Shown here one piece after another: positions 27,354-36,953 of a stretch of 64,000 bases of DNA (position 1 is its first letter; each line of letters starts with the position of its first letter). The stretch is from an uncultured Ruminococcus sp. (lineage in GTDB: Bacteria; Bacillota; Clostridia; Oscillospirales; Acutalibacteraceae). Both the position numbers and the translations under genes were made by a program. The stretch spans positions 6,982 to 70,981 of the forward strand of contig CACYPH010000004.1 in the NCBI GenBank assembly GCA_902776185.1, in the 5' to 3' direction. Below the pieces are notes generated by a model. That model saw only the letters and a list, made by a program, of their open reading frames with translations, did not search any database and was not told the origin of the DNA.

Positions 27354-29594
27354 ATGGCTAAGAAAAAACAACTTAAACAAATCAAAACACAGCCGATCAC
27401 GAACGGTGTGATCGCCGGTGCGGGCGATATCGTCGAACAGCGCATCGCCTCTACCATCGAAGAGAACTTCATGCCCTACGCGATGAGCGTCATCATGTCC
27501 CGTGCAATCCCGGAGATCGACGGCTTCAAGCCCTCTCACCGCAAGCTGCTCTATACGATGTATAAGATGGGACTGCTCACTGGTGCGCGCACTAAATCCG
27601 CGAACATCGTCGGCGCGACCATGAAGCTCAACCCTCACGGCGACGCCGCGATCTACGATACGATGGTACGGCTTTCCCGCGGCTATGAAGCCCTGCTCCA
27701 TCCCTATGTGGACAGTAAGGGTAACTTCGGTAAGTTCTACTCCCGCGATATGGCGTGGGCGGCTTCCCGATATACCGAAGCAAAGCTCGACCCCATCTGC
27801 AACGAGTTGTTCAAGGACATCGACCGAGACACCGTCGATTTTGTCGATAACTACGACAATACCATGAAAGAGCCGACGCTCCTGCCGGCATCATTCCCGT
27901 CCGTATTGGTCAACGCCAATACCGGTATCGCCGTCGGCATGGCGTCTAATATCTGCTCCTTCAACCTGCGCGAGGTCTGCGAGACGACCGCTGCTCTGAT
28001 CCGCGACAAGGATCACGACGTCATCACGACTTTGCCCGCGCCTGATTTTTCCGGCGGCGCGCAGATCATCTATAACGAAGAAACCATCCGAGAGGTGTAC
28101 CGCACCGGCAGAGGATCGATCAAGGTTCGATCCATCTACAACTACGACAAAAGTCAGAACTGCATCGATATCACCCATATCCCGCCGACGACGACCACCG
28201 AGGTCATCATCGAGAAGGTCATCGATCTTGTCAAGACCGGCAAGGTCAAGGAGATCTCCGATATCCGCGACGAGACCGGTATCGACGGTCTGAAGATCAC
28301 GATCGATCTCAAACGCGGCACCGATCCCGAGAAGCTGATGCTCAAGCTCTTCAAACTAACCACCCTCGAGGACGGCTTTTCCTGCAACTTCAACGTCCTG
28401 ATCGGCGGCGTACCGATGACGCTGGGCGTCAAGGATCTTTTGAACGAGTGGATCGCATTCCGTATCGAGTGCATCCGCCGCCGCACCTATTTTGACCTCA
28501 ATAAAAAGAAGGATAAGCTCCATCTGCTCGAGGGCTTGAAGCTGATCCTGCTGGATATCGACAAGGCAATCAAGATCGTCCGCGAGACCGAGGAAGAAGC
28601 CGAGGTCATCCCCAACCTGATGATCGGCTTCGGTATCGACAAGATCCAGGCGGAGTATGTCGCAGAGATCAAGCTCCGCCATCTCAACCGCGAGTACATT
28701 CTCAAGCGTACCGCCGAGATCGAACAGCTGATCAAGGATATCGCCGATCTCGAGGCGATCCTGAACTCTAAGGCGCGCGTCAAGACAATCATCGTCAAAG
28801 AACTCAAAGAGGTCGCCGACAAGTATGGCAAGGAGCGTAAATGTCCGCTGCTCCATCTCTCCGAGATCGATATGGACGTCAACCTCGAGGAAGAAATCCC
28901 CGATTATCCCGTCAATCTGTTCTTTACCAAAGAGGGCTATTTCAAGAAGATCACGCCCCAGTCGCTTCGCATGAGCGGCGAGCAGAAGCTCAAGGAGGAG
29001 GACGAAGTCAAGATCGTCGTCGAGACCACCAACAACACCGAACTGCTGTTCTTCTCCGACAAATGTCAGGTCTATAAGGCGAAGGTTTCCGATTTTGCGG
29101 ATACCAAGGCGAGCGTCTTCGGCGAATATATCCCCGCGAAGCTCCAGATGGACGAGGGGGAGAGCGCCGTATTCATGCTCAACACCAAGGACTACAGCGG
29201 CTATCTGCTCTTTGCCTTTGAAAACGGCAAGGTCGCGAAGGTCGATCTGAAATCCTACGAGACCAAGACCAACCGCAAGAAGCTGATCAACGCTTACTCC
29301 GATAAATCTCCGCTTGCAGGCACCGCCTACTGTGAGAACGACAGCGAGTTCGTCATCACCTCGTCGGCAGGCAGGATGCTCCTGCTCCATTCCGGCGCGA
29401 TCGGACTGAAATCGACGAAGAATACCCAGGGCGTAGCGGTCATGAAGCTCAAGAAGGGTCACCGCGTCATGTCGATCGAGCCGTATCAGGAGGGCAGATT
29501 CTCCAAGCCATCCCGCTATCGTACCCGCACCCTCCCGGCGGCAGGCGCATTACCCTCTCAGGAGGACGAGGCGACCCAGCTTTCGATCATATAG
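27354..29594 (+). CDS. Type IIA topoisomerase subunit A (ParC-like, no GyrA-box)
   Basis: DGFKPSHRK, NPHGD, catalytic AASRYTE; beta-pinwheel CTD lacking QxRGGxG. Confidence 0.9.
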   Translation: MAKKKQLKQIKTQPITNGVIAGAGDIVEQRIASTIEENFMPYAMSVIMSRAIPEIDGFKPSHRKLLYTMYKMGLLTGARTKSANIVGATMKLNPHGDAAIYDTMVRLSRGYEALLHPYVDSKGNFGKFYSRDMAWAASRYTEAKLDPICNELFKDIDRDTVDFVDNYDNTMKEPTLLPASFPSVLVNANTGIAVGMASNICSFNLREVCETTAALIRDKDHDVITTLPAPDFSGGAQIIYNEETIREVYRTGRGSIKVRSIYNYDKSQNCIDITHIPPTTTTEVIIEKVIDLVKTGKVKEISDIRDETGIDGLKITIDLKRGTDPEKLMLKLFKLTTLEDGFSCNFNVLIGGVPMTLGVKDLLNEWIAFRIECIRRRTYFDLNKKKDKLHLLEGLKLILLDIDKAIKIVRETEEEAEVIPNLMIGFGIDKIQAEYVAEIKLRHLNREYILKRTAEIEQLIKDIADLEAILNSKARVKTIIVKELKEVADKYGKERKCPLLHLSEIDMDVNLEEEIPDYPVNLFFTKEGYFKKITPQSLRMSGEQKLKEEDEVKIVVETTNNTELLFFSDKCQVYKAKVSDFADTKASVFGEYIPAKLQMDEGESAVFMLNTKDYSGYLLFAFENGKVAKVDLKSYETKTNRKKLINAYSDKSPLAGTAYCENDSEFVITSSAGRMLLLHSGAIGLKSTKNTQGVAVMKLKKGHRVMSIEPYQEGRFSKPSRYRTRTLPAAGALPSQEDEATQLSII

Positions 29595-29642
29595 GCTCCC
29601 TCTGGTAAAGGGAGCTGTCACCGAACGGTGACTGAGGAATTG
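29594..29642 (+). repeat. REP-like repeat, family A
   Basis: ggctccctctggtaaagggagctgtcaccgaacggtgactgaggaattg. Confidence 0.85.
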
Positions 29643-29730
29643 CATTAATTGACCGAGCGCCAGCGAGATACTATTTCTTAACCTAAAAATTTTGGGAACC
29701 TAACATTTTTCAACAAACCGAAAAAAATGC

Positions 29731-29759
29731 TTGCAATCTTGTTTTGGTTATGTTACAAT
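29731..29759 (+). promoter_or_regulatory. Sigma-A-type promoter for secG
   Basis: TTGCAA-N17-TACAAT with TG extension. Confidence 0.55.
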
Positions 29760-29798
29760 TATCTTTGCCTATGAAGATGTATTGAAAGGAAGATAAAT

Positions 29799-30185
29799 AT
29801 GACAATATTGGAAATCATCTTGGGAGTTCTTCTGATTATCGCTTCCATTGTTATGATTATCGTGATTATCCTGCAGGAGGGTAACCAGCAGGGCGTCGGC
29901 GTTGTATCCGGCGGTGCAGACACTTTCTTCTCTAAGAATAAGGCGCGTTCCTATGACGCATTCCTTGCCCGCGCGACCAAATGGTTCGCGATCGGCTTTG
30001 TTGTGATCGTACTTGCGCTGAACGTATTTGCGTATTTCAATGCCAAGACCGTTGAGACTGCTGAGGAAGACAGCACCTCCGTATCCGAGACTGCGGACGA
30101 AGAATCCGAGGTCGACGATGCGACCGAGGCTGCAGAGGGCGAGACCGCTGCTGCCGCTGCCGAAACTTCTGCGGCTGCGGAATAA
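29799..30185 (+). CDS. secG: Preprotein translocase subunit SecG with acidic tail
   Basis: Two TMs flanking ILQEG..G..SGGADTFF.K. Confidence 0.88.
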   Translation: MTILEIILGVLLIIASIVMIIVIILQEGNQQGVGVVSGGADTFFSKNKARSYDAFLARATKWFAIGFVVIVLALNVFAYFNAKTVETAEEDSTSVSETADEESEVDDATEAAEGETAAAAAETSAAAE

Positions 30186-30211
30186 TAATTCTGATACCAA
30201 GAACATAAAAT

Positions 30212-30246
30212 GGACTATCGGGCTTATCCGATAGTCCTTTTTGTTT
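30212..30246 (+). terminator. Intrinsic terminator after secG
   Basis: ggactatcgg-N-ccgatagtcc followed by a T-tract. Confidence 0.7.
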
Positions 30247-30507
30247 GGAGCAGAAAAGTTGAAGACGGTATTGATTTTTGTCGGAATGTTTCTCATTATC
30301 TCGTTCATACATTATGCGTCAAAAAAGAAAAAGCCCTTCAAGAGGGCTTTTTTATCGATGTGTATCGGCGTCTTGACGCTGGGGATCGTGAACCTGCTGT
30401 CGTCATTGACAACGGTTTATGTCCCCGTTACCGAGCTGTCGCTCATCATCTCCGCCGCGGGAGGAATCCCCGGCGTCGCCTTGATGGTGATTCTCTCGGC
30501 GTTCTAA
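30241..30507 (+). CDS. bofA: Pro-sigmaK processing inhibitor BofA family protein
   Basis: Small 3-TM protein ending AAGGIPGVALMVIL. Confidence 0.7.
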   Translation: MFGAEKLKTVLIFVGMFLIISFIHYASKKKKPFKRAFLSMCIGVLTLGIVNLLSSLTTVYVPVTELSLIISAAGGIPGVALMVILSAF

Positions 30508-31100
30508 ATGACCGAGCCTAATTCGTCGAGGATCTCGGTCACAGCGCGTTTGTTGCGCGTGAGCATCGCAATCATCACCGAGTAGAACATATCCGGATTC
30601 TTATAGAAATTCTTGCGGATCTGGCGCGCCTGCGTGATATCGGGAACATACAGCGAAAAGCTTAAGAGATCCATATCGCCGCCGGAGATGGCGCAGTTGA
30701 CGTTATAGCCGTTCTCGCATTTTTCGATGGTGACCTTGTTGTCGCTCTCGACCTGCTGTTTTTTGAGCAGGCTCAAAGCGCACTCGGTGGCGCGTTCCTT
30801 GACGGTCGGCGCGAGGGTATCCTCCAGCTGTGTCGCGATCATTTCACCGTTTTCCGTATTGACATACAGCGCGCTGTTGTCATCGGCAGGCTTGATATTG
30901 CCGTGACGGATCAGGTCGTCAAAGCACGAGCTGGTCTCAAAATAGTTGGCAAGCCCTTTTTCCATCAGCGCATTGACGATCATCTCTTTGCTCATCGGCG
31001 TACCGACGCTTTTCAGCATATAGCAGATCAGCGTGCGGATCTCGGTTTTCGAGCGCATCCCGCCCAAAACGATGCCTTCGTCAAACGTATCAAAAGCCAT
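30504..31100 (-). CDS. DUF4364 family protein
   Basis: EIRTLICYML...GLANYFE...LLSFSLYVP...NFYKNP pattern. Confidence 0.7.
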   Translation of the reverse strand: MAFDTFDEGIVLGGMRSKTEIRTLICYMLKSVGTPMSKEMIVNALMEKGLANYFETSSCFDDLIRHGNIKPADDNSALYVNTENGEMIATQLEDTLAPTVKERATECALSLLKKQQVESDNKVTIEKCENGYNVNCAISGGDMDLLSFSLYVPDITQARQIRKNFYKNPDMFYSVMIAMLTRNKRAVTEILDELGSVI

Positions 31101-31313
31101 TACTGCACCACCTTTCTTATTTATTGTTATTATACCACCCGCCGAATGCGCCTGTCAACACGATTCTAATATTGATCGGTTGACGATAGTGCAGATTCCT
31201 GCTATGATAAAAATAATCATCGAATGCAACACAAAAGCCTGTTTTTTGCACTTAACAGATGAACGGCAAATCATGATGCCGTGATCTACTATGTTATGAA
31301 AGAAGGCAGTATC

Positions 31314-32111
31314 ATGAAAAGGATCATCGCATTATTACTGGCAGCTTTGATGGCGGTATCTCTCGCCGCCTGCTCAAAGGACAAGTCCGATACATCCGCG
31401 AAGTACGGGAATGTCGATGCCGAAAAGGAAACAGAGGATAGGACAGAGGTATCGACCGAAAACGAGATGGTCGAATCCGGCGGCTGGACGACATCCGATT
31501 CGGTCACGGTTACCGATGAACTCAAGGCGTTGTTTGTCAAGGCGAATGCAATTCTTGCCGGCGCACAGTATGAACCGATTGCGCTGCTCGGCACACAGGT
31601 GGTTGCCGGTACCAACTATCTTGTCCTCTGCAAAGAAACACCGACCGTCCCCGATGCGATTTCGACCTACGTGCTCGTGACGCTGTATGAGGATCTTCAG
31701 GGGAACGCGGAGATCACAGATGCGAAAAACAGCGGCGTGTCTGCACCCGAACCCTACGATCCGGAGAATCCCGTATCCGGCGGTTGGGGAGAGCCGACAA
31801 CTCCCGAGGTCACCGACGAAGCGCGTGCGGCATTGGAAAAAGCCTGCAAGTCGGCCACAGTTGCCGCTTATGAGCCCAAGGCGCTGCTGGCGACACAGGT
31901 CGTTGCGGGCTATAACTATCAGCTCTTGTGCAAGGTAACGGCTGCGGATTTGCCGGAATATGTGATCATCACGGTCTACGCCGATCTTGACGGCGGCGCC
32001 GAGATCACCGAGACCATCGGCTTCGACGCCGGTGATGATGCAGGTCAGCCCGATGAAAAATCGGAGGATAATAACGGCGAAGAGCTTTCCGCCGTTTCAG
32101 AAGCGGAATAA
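31314..32111 (+). CDS. Lipoprotein with two tandem QVVAG (cystatin-like) domains
   Basis: Lipobox SLAAC; two repeats GGW...YEP.ALL.TQVVAG.NY..LCK...Y.DL.G.AEIT. Confidence 0.65.
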   Translation: MKRIIALLLAALMAVSLAACSKDKSDTSAKYGNVDAEKETEDRTEVSTENEMVESGGWTTSDSVTVTDELKALFVKANAILAGAQYEPIALLGTQVVAGTNYLVLCKETPTVPDAISTYVLVTLYEDLQGNAEITDAKNSGVSAPEPYDPENPVSGGWGEPTTPEVTDEARAALEKACKSATVAAYEPKALLATQVVAGYNYQLLCKVTAADLPEYVIITVYADLDGGAEITETIGFDAGDDAGQPDEKSEDNNGEELSAVSEAE

Positions 32112-32123
32112 TTTGCATAACCA

Positions 32124-32149
32124 AAGGGACTGTCGTGTGACAGTCCCTT
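32124..32149. terminator. Bidirectional terminator between the lipoprotein gene and spo0A
   Basis: aagggactgtc-gtgt-gacagtccctt. Confidence 0.7.
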
Positions 32150-32153
32150 CACT

Positions 32154-32933
32154 TTAGCTTGCGTTCTTCATCTGCAATCTCAGCTTATCTGAGATCATAG
32201 CGATAAACTCACTGTTGGTTGGCTTGCCGCGGCTGCCCTGGATCGTGTATCCGAAATAGGAGTTCAGCACCTCGACGTCGCCTCTGTCCCATGCGACCTC
32301 GATCGCATGACGGATCGCGCGCTCTACTCTCGACGAGGTCGTATCGTATTTCTTCGCGACCGAGGGGTAGAGCTGTTTGGTGACGGCGTTGATGATCTCC
32401 GGCTTTTCGATCGACATGATAATGGAATCTCTGAGATAGTGATAGCCCTTGATATGCGCCGGCACGCCTATCTGGTGCAGGATCTCCGTCACCTTGACCT
32501 CGATACTGTAGTTATCGAAGCCCGCCTGTCGAATGCCGCCCTTTGATTTTGCTCTGCGGTTTTTCATCAGACGGATGATGTTCTCCGCCAGATCGCCGAG
32601 GTTAAAGGGTTTTAAAACAAAGTAAGTCGCGCCGGAGCTCATCACCTCTCGCTCAAGCACCGGGCTGTCAAAGCTCGAATATACGACGAACATCGGCAGC
32701 TTTTCCGGCTTGCCGCGGCGAACCGCCCGCATCACCCCGATACTGTCGATCCGTGTCATGAATAGATCCATGATGACGACGTCCGGTCCTTCTGCGGTGA
32801 TCCGCGCAATCACGTCCTCGCCGTCCTTGGGGCAGAAACTGACGTCGATACCGTATTTTTCGAGAACGTTCTTGGTGTTGACAATATTTTCAGCTGAGTC
32901 CTGCGTCATCAAAAGTTTGATTCTTTCAGTCAT
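32154..32933 (-). CDS. spo0A: Sporulation master regulator Spo0A
   Basis: Receiver domain plus [13 protein letters not shown]...[15 protein letters not shown]...KPTNSEFIA; GGAG RBS before ATG 32933. Confidence 0.96.
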   Translation of the reverse strand: MTERIKLLMTQDSAENIVNTKNVLEKYGIDVSFCPKDGEDVIARITAEGPDVVIMDLFMTRIDSIGVMRAVRRGKPEKLPMFVVYSSFDSPVLEREVMSSGATYFVLKPFNLGDLAENIIRLMKNRRAKSKGGIRQAGFDNYSIEVKVTEILHQIGVPAHIKGYHYLRDSIIMSIEKPEIINAVTKQLYPSVAKKYDTTSSRVERAIRHAIEVAWDRGDVEVLNSYFGYTIQGSRGKPTNSEFIAMISDKLRLQMKNAS

Positions 32934-32964
32934 TTTTACATCTCCTGTTTCAGTTTGTACTGAT

Positions 32965-33040
32965 AGTTTACCATAAATTGGTAAAATTGGCAATAGAAAA
33001 CATAAAAATTTTTTAAAGAACCATTCGACGCTTTTCGACA
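32965..33040 (-). promoter_or_regulatory. spo0A promoter with two tandem 0A boxes
   Basis: TTGCCA-N17-TAAACT on the minus strand (32993-32965); TGTCGAA (33040-33034) and cGTCGAA (33030-33024). Confidence 0.65.
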
Positions 33041-33071
33041 ATTATCCCATGAAAGGGTTCATCAAATCGGA

Positions 33072-34064
33072 TCAATAGCCTCCGTATTTCTCGTAGCTGT
33101 TCAGCATATTACCGATATAAATGCCGTAGCCGGTCTGCGGCGAGTTGACGAATACGTGGGTCACCGCGCCGACGAGCTTGTCGTTCTGGACAATCGGACT
33201 GCCGCTCATTCCCTGAACGATGCCGCCTGTTTTCTCCAGCAGCTCCTGATCCGTCACCTTGATCACCATGTTCTGACCGACCGTATCATCGGTGTTGACC
33301 TTGACGATCTCGATGTCATAGGGCTTGACGCCCTCTTGATCGACGGTGCAGTAGATCTGCGCTTTACCGGTTTCGATCTCGCTGATATCCGCGCATTTGA
33401 CGCGTTTACCCTGCGGCACGGCGGCGTATCTGCCGAAGATCCCGTAGCCGGTGTTGACTGAGATCTCGCCCACGACGTCGTCGATCATATAGCCGTTGAG
33501 ACCGCCGGCAACGCCTGTCTGCGCCTTTGTTGCAGAGGTCACCTTCGCCTTGATGACTTTACCGCTTTTCAGCGGCAGCAGCATACCGGTGTCCTTGTCG
33601 CAGATACCGTGTCCCAGCGCGCCGAACGAATAGCTGCCCTCGTCAAAATACGTGACTGTACCAAGCCCTGCGGCAGAATCCCTGATCCACATTCCGACCT
33701 CGTACTCTCCGTTTTCGTTCTGCTCGGGAGTGATGCTAAGGGATATAGGGCTCTTACCCCGATTCAGGGATAATTCTATATCCTCTCCCTTTGACGATTT
33801 GATGATTTCCTTGAGGTCTTCATTGGTAGAGATTTCCTCGCCGTTCGCGCGGGTGATGATATCGTTTTCCTTGATACCTGCCGCCTTTGCGGGGGAGTCG
33901 TCCTTGTCGTCAATATTGATGACGATGACGCCGCTGGTATACATGGTCAGCCCGAACGGTTGTCCGCCGAGGATAACCTCCTTTTCGGCGGCATTTGCGG
34001 CGATAACGGGGCAGAGGAGAAGTATCGAGATGACCGCCGCAATAAAACGCTTAACTTTTTTCAT
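33072..34064 (-). CDS. spoIVB: SpoIVB peptidase (PDZ + S55)
   Basis: GMWIRDSAAGLGTVT, GALGHGI, GGIVQGMSGSPIVQ, GAVTHV. Confidence 0.95.
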   Translation of the reverse strand: MKKVKRFIAAVISILLLCPVIAANAAEKEVILGGQPFGLTMYTSGVIVINIDDKDDSPAKAAGIKENDIITRANGEEISTNEDLKEIIKSSKGEDIELSLNRGKSPISLSITPEQNENGEYEVGMWIRDSAAGLGTVTYFDEGSYSFGALGHGICDKDTGMLLPLKSGKVIKAKVTSATKAQTGVAGGLNGYMIDDVVGEISVNTGYGIFGRYAAVPQGKRVKCADISEIETGKAQIYCTVDQEGVKPYDIEIVKVNTDDTVGQNMVIKVTDQELLEKTGGIVQGMSGSPIVQNDKLVGAVTHVFVNSPQTGYGIYIGNMLNSYEKYGGY

Positions 34065-34396
34065 CCAGTCCCTCCTTATCCATCGCCGAAGCTCCTATAT
34101 AAATAGTATAACAGCGCCGACGATGCTGTCTGCTCGAAACAAAAATCAATTTGTTTCAATCATAGTATTTGAAAATCGATTGATTTGATTTAGGGAAACA
34201 TCGCTAAAACTGCTGTAATTGCTATGAATATCGAGAGAAATGAGCGCGAAATCGGATTTTGGAGGAAAATAGCGACCAAAAATCACCGCAATTTTGCCTT
34301 TATTAAAAATGTAGTAAAATGTGAATAAAATTTGTTGCAATTAGATAAAATTTGTGATATGATAAATTTGAGATTATAGTATGAGTTGGTGGGCCT

Positions 34397-35725
34397 ATGA
34401 GATTGGTTTTACCGTATAACGCGCGATTTATTATCGACAGACTGCAGCAAAGCGGCTATACCTGCTATGCTGTGGGCGGTTGCGTGCGCGACAGCATCTT
34501 AGGCAGAGAGCCCGCCGACTGGGATTTTACCACCTCTGCGCTGCCCGAAGAGATCGAACGGGTCTTTTCCGATTGCCGCACCTTGAATTTCGGCAAGCAG
34601 TTCGGCACGATCGGCATCATCCTCGATAACGAGCAGTACGAGGTGACAACCTATCGGCTTGACGGCGAATATACCGATTCCCGCCATCCCGACTCCGTCA
34701 GCTTTTCTACCTCTTTACAGGACGATCTGTCCCGCCGCGACTTTACGATCAACGCCATGGCGTATAATGACACCGACGGTCTGATCGATTATTTTGACGG
34801 TCAGAAGGATTTGAAATTCGGAGTGATCCGCTGTGTCGGCGTTGCAACCAACCGTTTTGCCGAGGATGCGCTTCGTATCCTGCGCGCGCTGCGATTTGCC
34901 GCGACGCTGGGGTTTTCTATCGAGGCGGCCACCTCCGCCGCGATCCTGTCCGGTAAAAGGATGCTTTCTGCGATCGCTTATGAACGGATCAGCGATGAGC
35001 TGCTGAAACTGCTTTGCGGCGAAAAAGCGGATTTTGTTCTGCGGCGTTATCGCTCGGTATTTGCCGTATTCATCCCCGAGCTGGTCGGCACCTTTGATTA
35101 TGAGCAGAACAGCAAGCATCATAACCGCGACGTCTATCGCCATACAGTCGCGGCTGTCAGCAACATCGAGCCCGATCCGCTGCTTCGCACTACGATGCTG
35201 TTTCATGATATCGGCAAGCCGCTGTCGCATACCACCGACAGACACGGCGAATCGCATTATTACAACCATCCGATCCTCGGCGCAGCCATGGCGGAGGAGA
35301 TCCTGCGGCGACTGTGTATGCCGCGCCTGTTTATCAACGACGTCAGCACCCTCATCCGTTACCATGATGTGCGGCTGAAGCCCGACCCGGTCGTGATCAA
35401 AAAGCTGCTCTCAAAGCTCGGCGTCGAGACGGTCCGCCGTTTGTACAAGGTACAGCGCGCCGATATCCTCGCCCAGTCGATGTATCAGCGCGAGGAAAAG
35501 CTCAGAAATCTTTCTGCCGTTGAAGCAGAGACCGAGCGCATCCTTTCAGCCGGCGAGTGTTATAATCTGAAAATGCTCGAGATAAACGGCTCCGATCTGC
35601 TCCATATCGGCATCACCTCCGGCGAAGAGATCGGCAAAACTCTCGATACGCTCCTTGATAAAGTCATCAGCGGCGAGCTGAGCAACGAAAAGAACATCCT
35701 GATCGCCGCCGCAAAAGCTATATAA
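34397..35725 (+). CDS. cca: CCA tRNA nucleotidyltransferase with HD domain
   Basis: AVGGCVRD, DWD, RRDFTINA, EDALRILR, HDIGKP. Confidence 0.92.
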   Translation: MRLVLPYNARFIIDRLQQSGYTCYAVGGCVRDSILGREPADWDFTTSALPEEIERVFSDCRTLNFGKQFGTIGIILDNEQYEVTTYRLDGEYTDSRHPDSVSFSTSLQDDLSRRDFTINAMAYNDTDGLIDYFDGQKDLKFGVIRCVGVATNRFAEDALRILRALRFAATLGFSIEAATSAAILSGKRMLSAIAYERISDELLKLLCGEKADFVLRRYRSVFAVFIPELVGTFDYEQNSKHHNRDVYRHTVAAVSNIEPDPLLRTTMLFHDIGKPLSHTTDRHGESHYYNHPILGAAMAEEILRRLCMPRLFINDVSTLIRYHDVRLKPDPVVIKKLLSKLGVETVRRLYKVQRADILAQSMYQREEKLRNLSAVEAETERILSAGECYNLKMLEINGSDLLHIGITSGEEIGKTLDTLLDKVISGELSNEKNILIAAAKAI

Positions 35726-35770
35726 ATTGTATACATAGGATTACCGCTTCTGCATTGTCAGGGGCGGTAT

Positions 35771-35798
35771 TTGACTTTCGCGATCTATATGGTATAAT
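35771..35798 (+). promoter_or_regulatory. rnpB promoter
   Basis: TTGACT-N16-TATAAT with extended TG. Confidence 0.7.
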
Positions 35799-35804
35799 AA
35801 ACCC

Positions 35805-36145
35805 GAGTAAACCAGGCAGTCGCGGGCAATGGTCGAAAGACCCTGTCCGAGGAAAGTCCGGGCTTCACAGAGCAAGGATAACGGCTAACGGCCGCCGGGG
35901 GCGACCCTAGGGATAGTGCAACAGAAAATAACCACCGTACTCTGTACGGAACGGGTGGAAAGGCGAGGTAAAAGCTCACCAAGATGGGGGAGACCCCATC
36001 GTTGTGTAAACCCTATCCGAAGCAACACCGTGGAGGGACATACAGCTTGCTCGGCTGTCCCGCGGAGGTGGCACCGAGCCGTCGCGGCAACGCACGGCCA
36101 AGATAGATGACTGCCGAATACAGAACCCGGCTTACAGATTTACTC
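35805..36145 (+). ncRNA. rnpB: RNase P RNA (class A-like)
   Basis: GAGGAAAGTCCGGGC, AGTGCAACAGAAA, ACAGAACCCGGCTTA; terminal helix gagtaaa/tttactc. Confidence 0.96.
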
Positions 36146-36147
36146 AT

Positions 36148-36178
36148 AGCTCCCTGTTTTCACAGGGAGCTGCTTTTA
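36148..36178 (+). terminator. Terminator after rnpB
   Basis: agctccctg-ttttca-cagggagct. Confidence 0.65.
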
Positions 36179-36545
36179 TGAGAAGCAAAAAATATCACAC
36201 TTTTCTTTCCGAAATCTTCCGAAAATCATTATTGAAACAGATTGCTTGTCATTTTTTCAAAAATCGCGTATCACTATATATTGTGTGTATCATTTTGTCA
36301 ACAACAAGAGGGGTGTAATTGTTTACAAATACTGTCACATTTTTCTGTTAAAAAATTAAAGGATTGTAACGAAAATCAGAAAAAAGTATCAATTTTTTAA
36401 ATTTTCTTACAAAAAATACTTGTTTTTTTTCGAATAACGTATTATAATACAGATACATTAGCTTTCTGCGTTTAAAGAATTTCTGCTAGGAATTATTTAA
36501 AAGAAATTAATCACAAAAAGTCAGGATAGATTTGAGGAGTTTGAA

Positions 36546-36797
36546 ATGAGATTACGTAAGCAAGAATTAGGGGATCGTAACCTTGTAGGCGCTCGCGTAG
36601 AGGCCGCACGTAAGAAAAAAGGTATGAAGCAAAAAGAACTGCTGGCTCAGCTGCAGGTCAACGGCGTTGATATGAACGCCTCCGGTCTGTCGAAGCTCGA
36701 GGGTCAGATCAGATTCGTTACCGACGTAGAGCTGGTTGCGCTCGCCGATATTCTCGAGGTTTCCGTGGATTTCCTCCTCGGGCGCGCCTCACAGTAA
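36546..36797 (+). CDS. XRE-family helix-turn-helix regulator
   Basis: RKKKGMKQKELLA...LSKLEGQ.R...LADILEVSVDFLLG. Confidence 0.88.
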   Translation: MRLRKQELGDRNLVGARVEAARKKKGMKQKELLAQLQVNGVDMNASGLSKLEGQIRFVTDVELVALADILEVSVDFLLGRASQ

Positions 36798-36953
36798 ATT
36801 AGGAGTTTTCCAAGCATTTTGGTTTCTGTTTTTGTTCAGACGGCAGGGTCTTCGGACCCTGCCGTTTGGACTTTTTTGACGACATTTTTTACCAATTATA
36901 ATGTATCCCGTTTTATTCATACTGAAATTAGTATCATGAAAAGCGGTGAAGAG

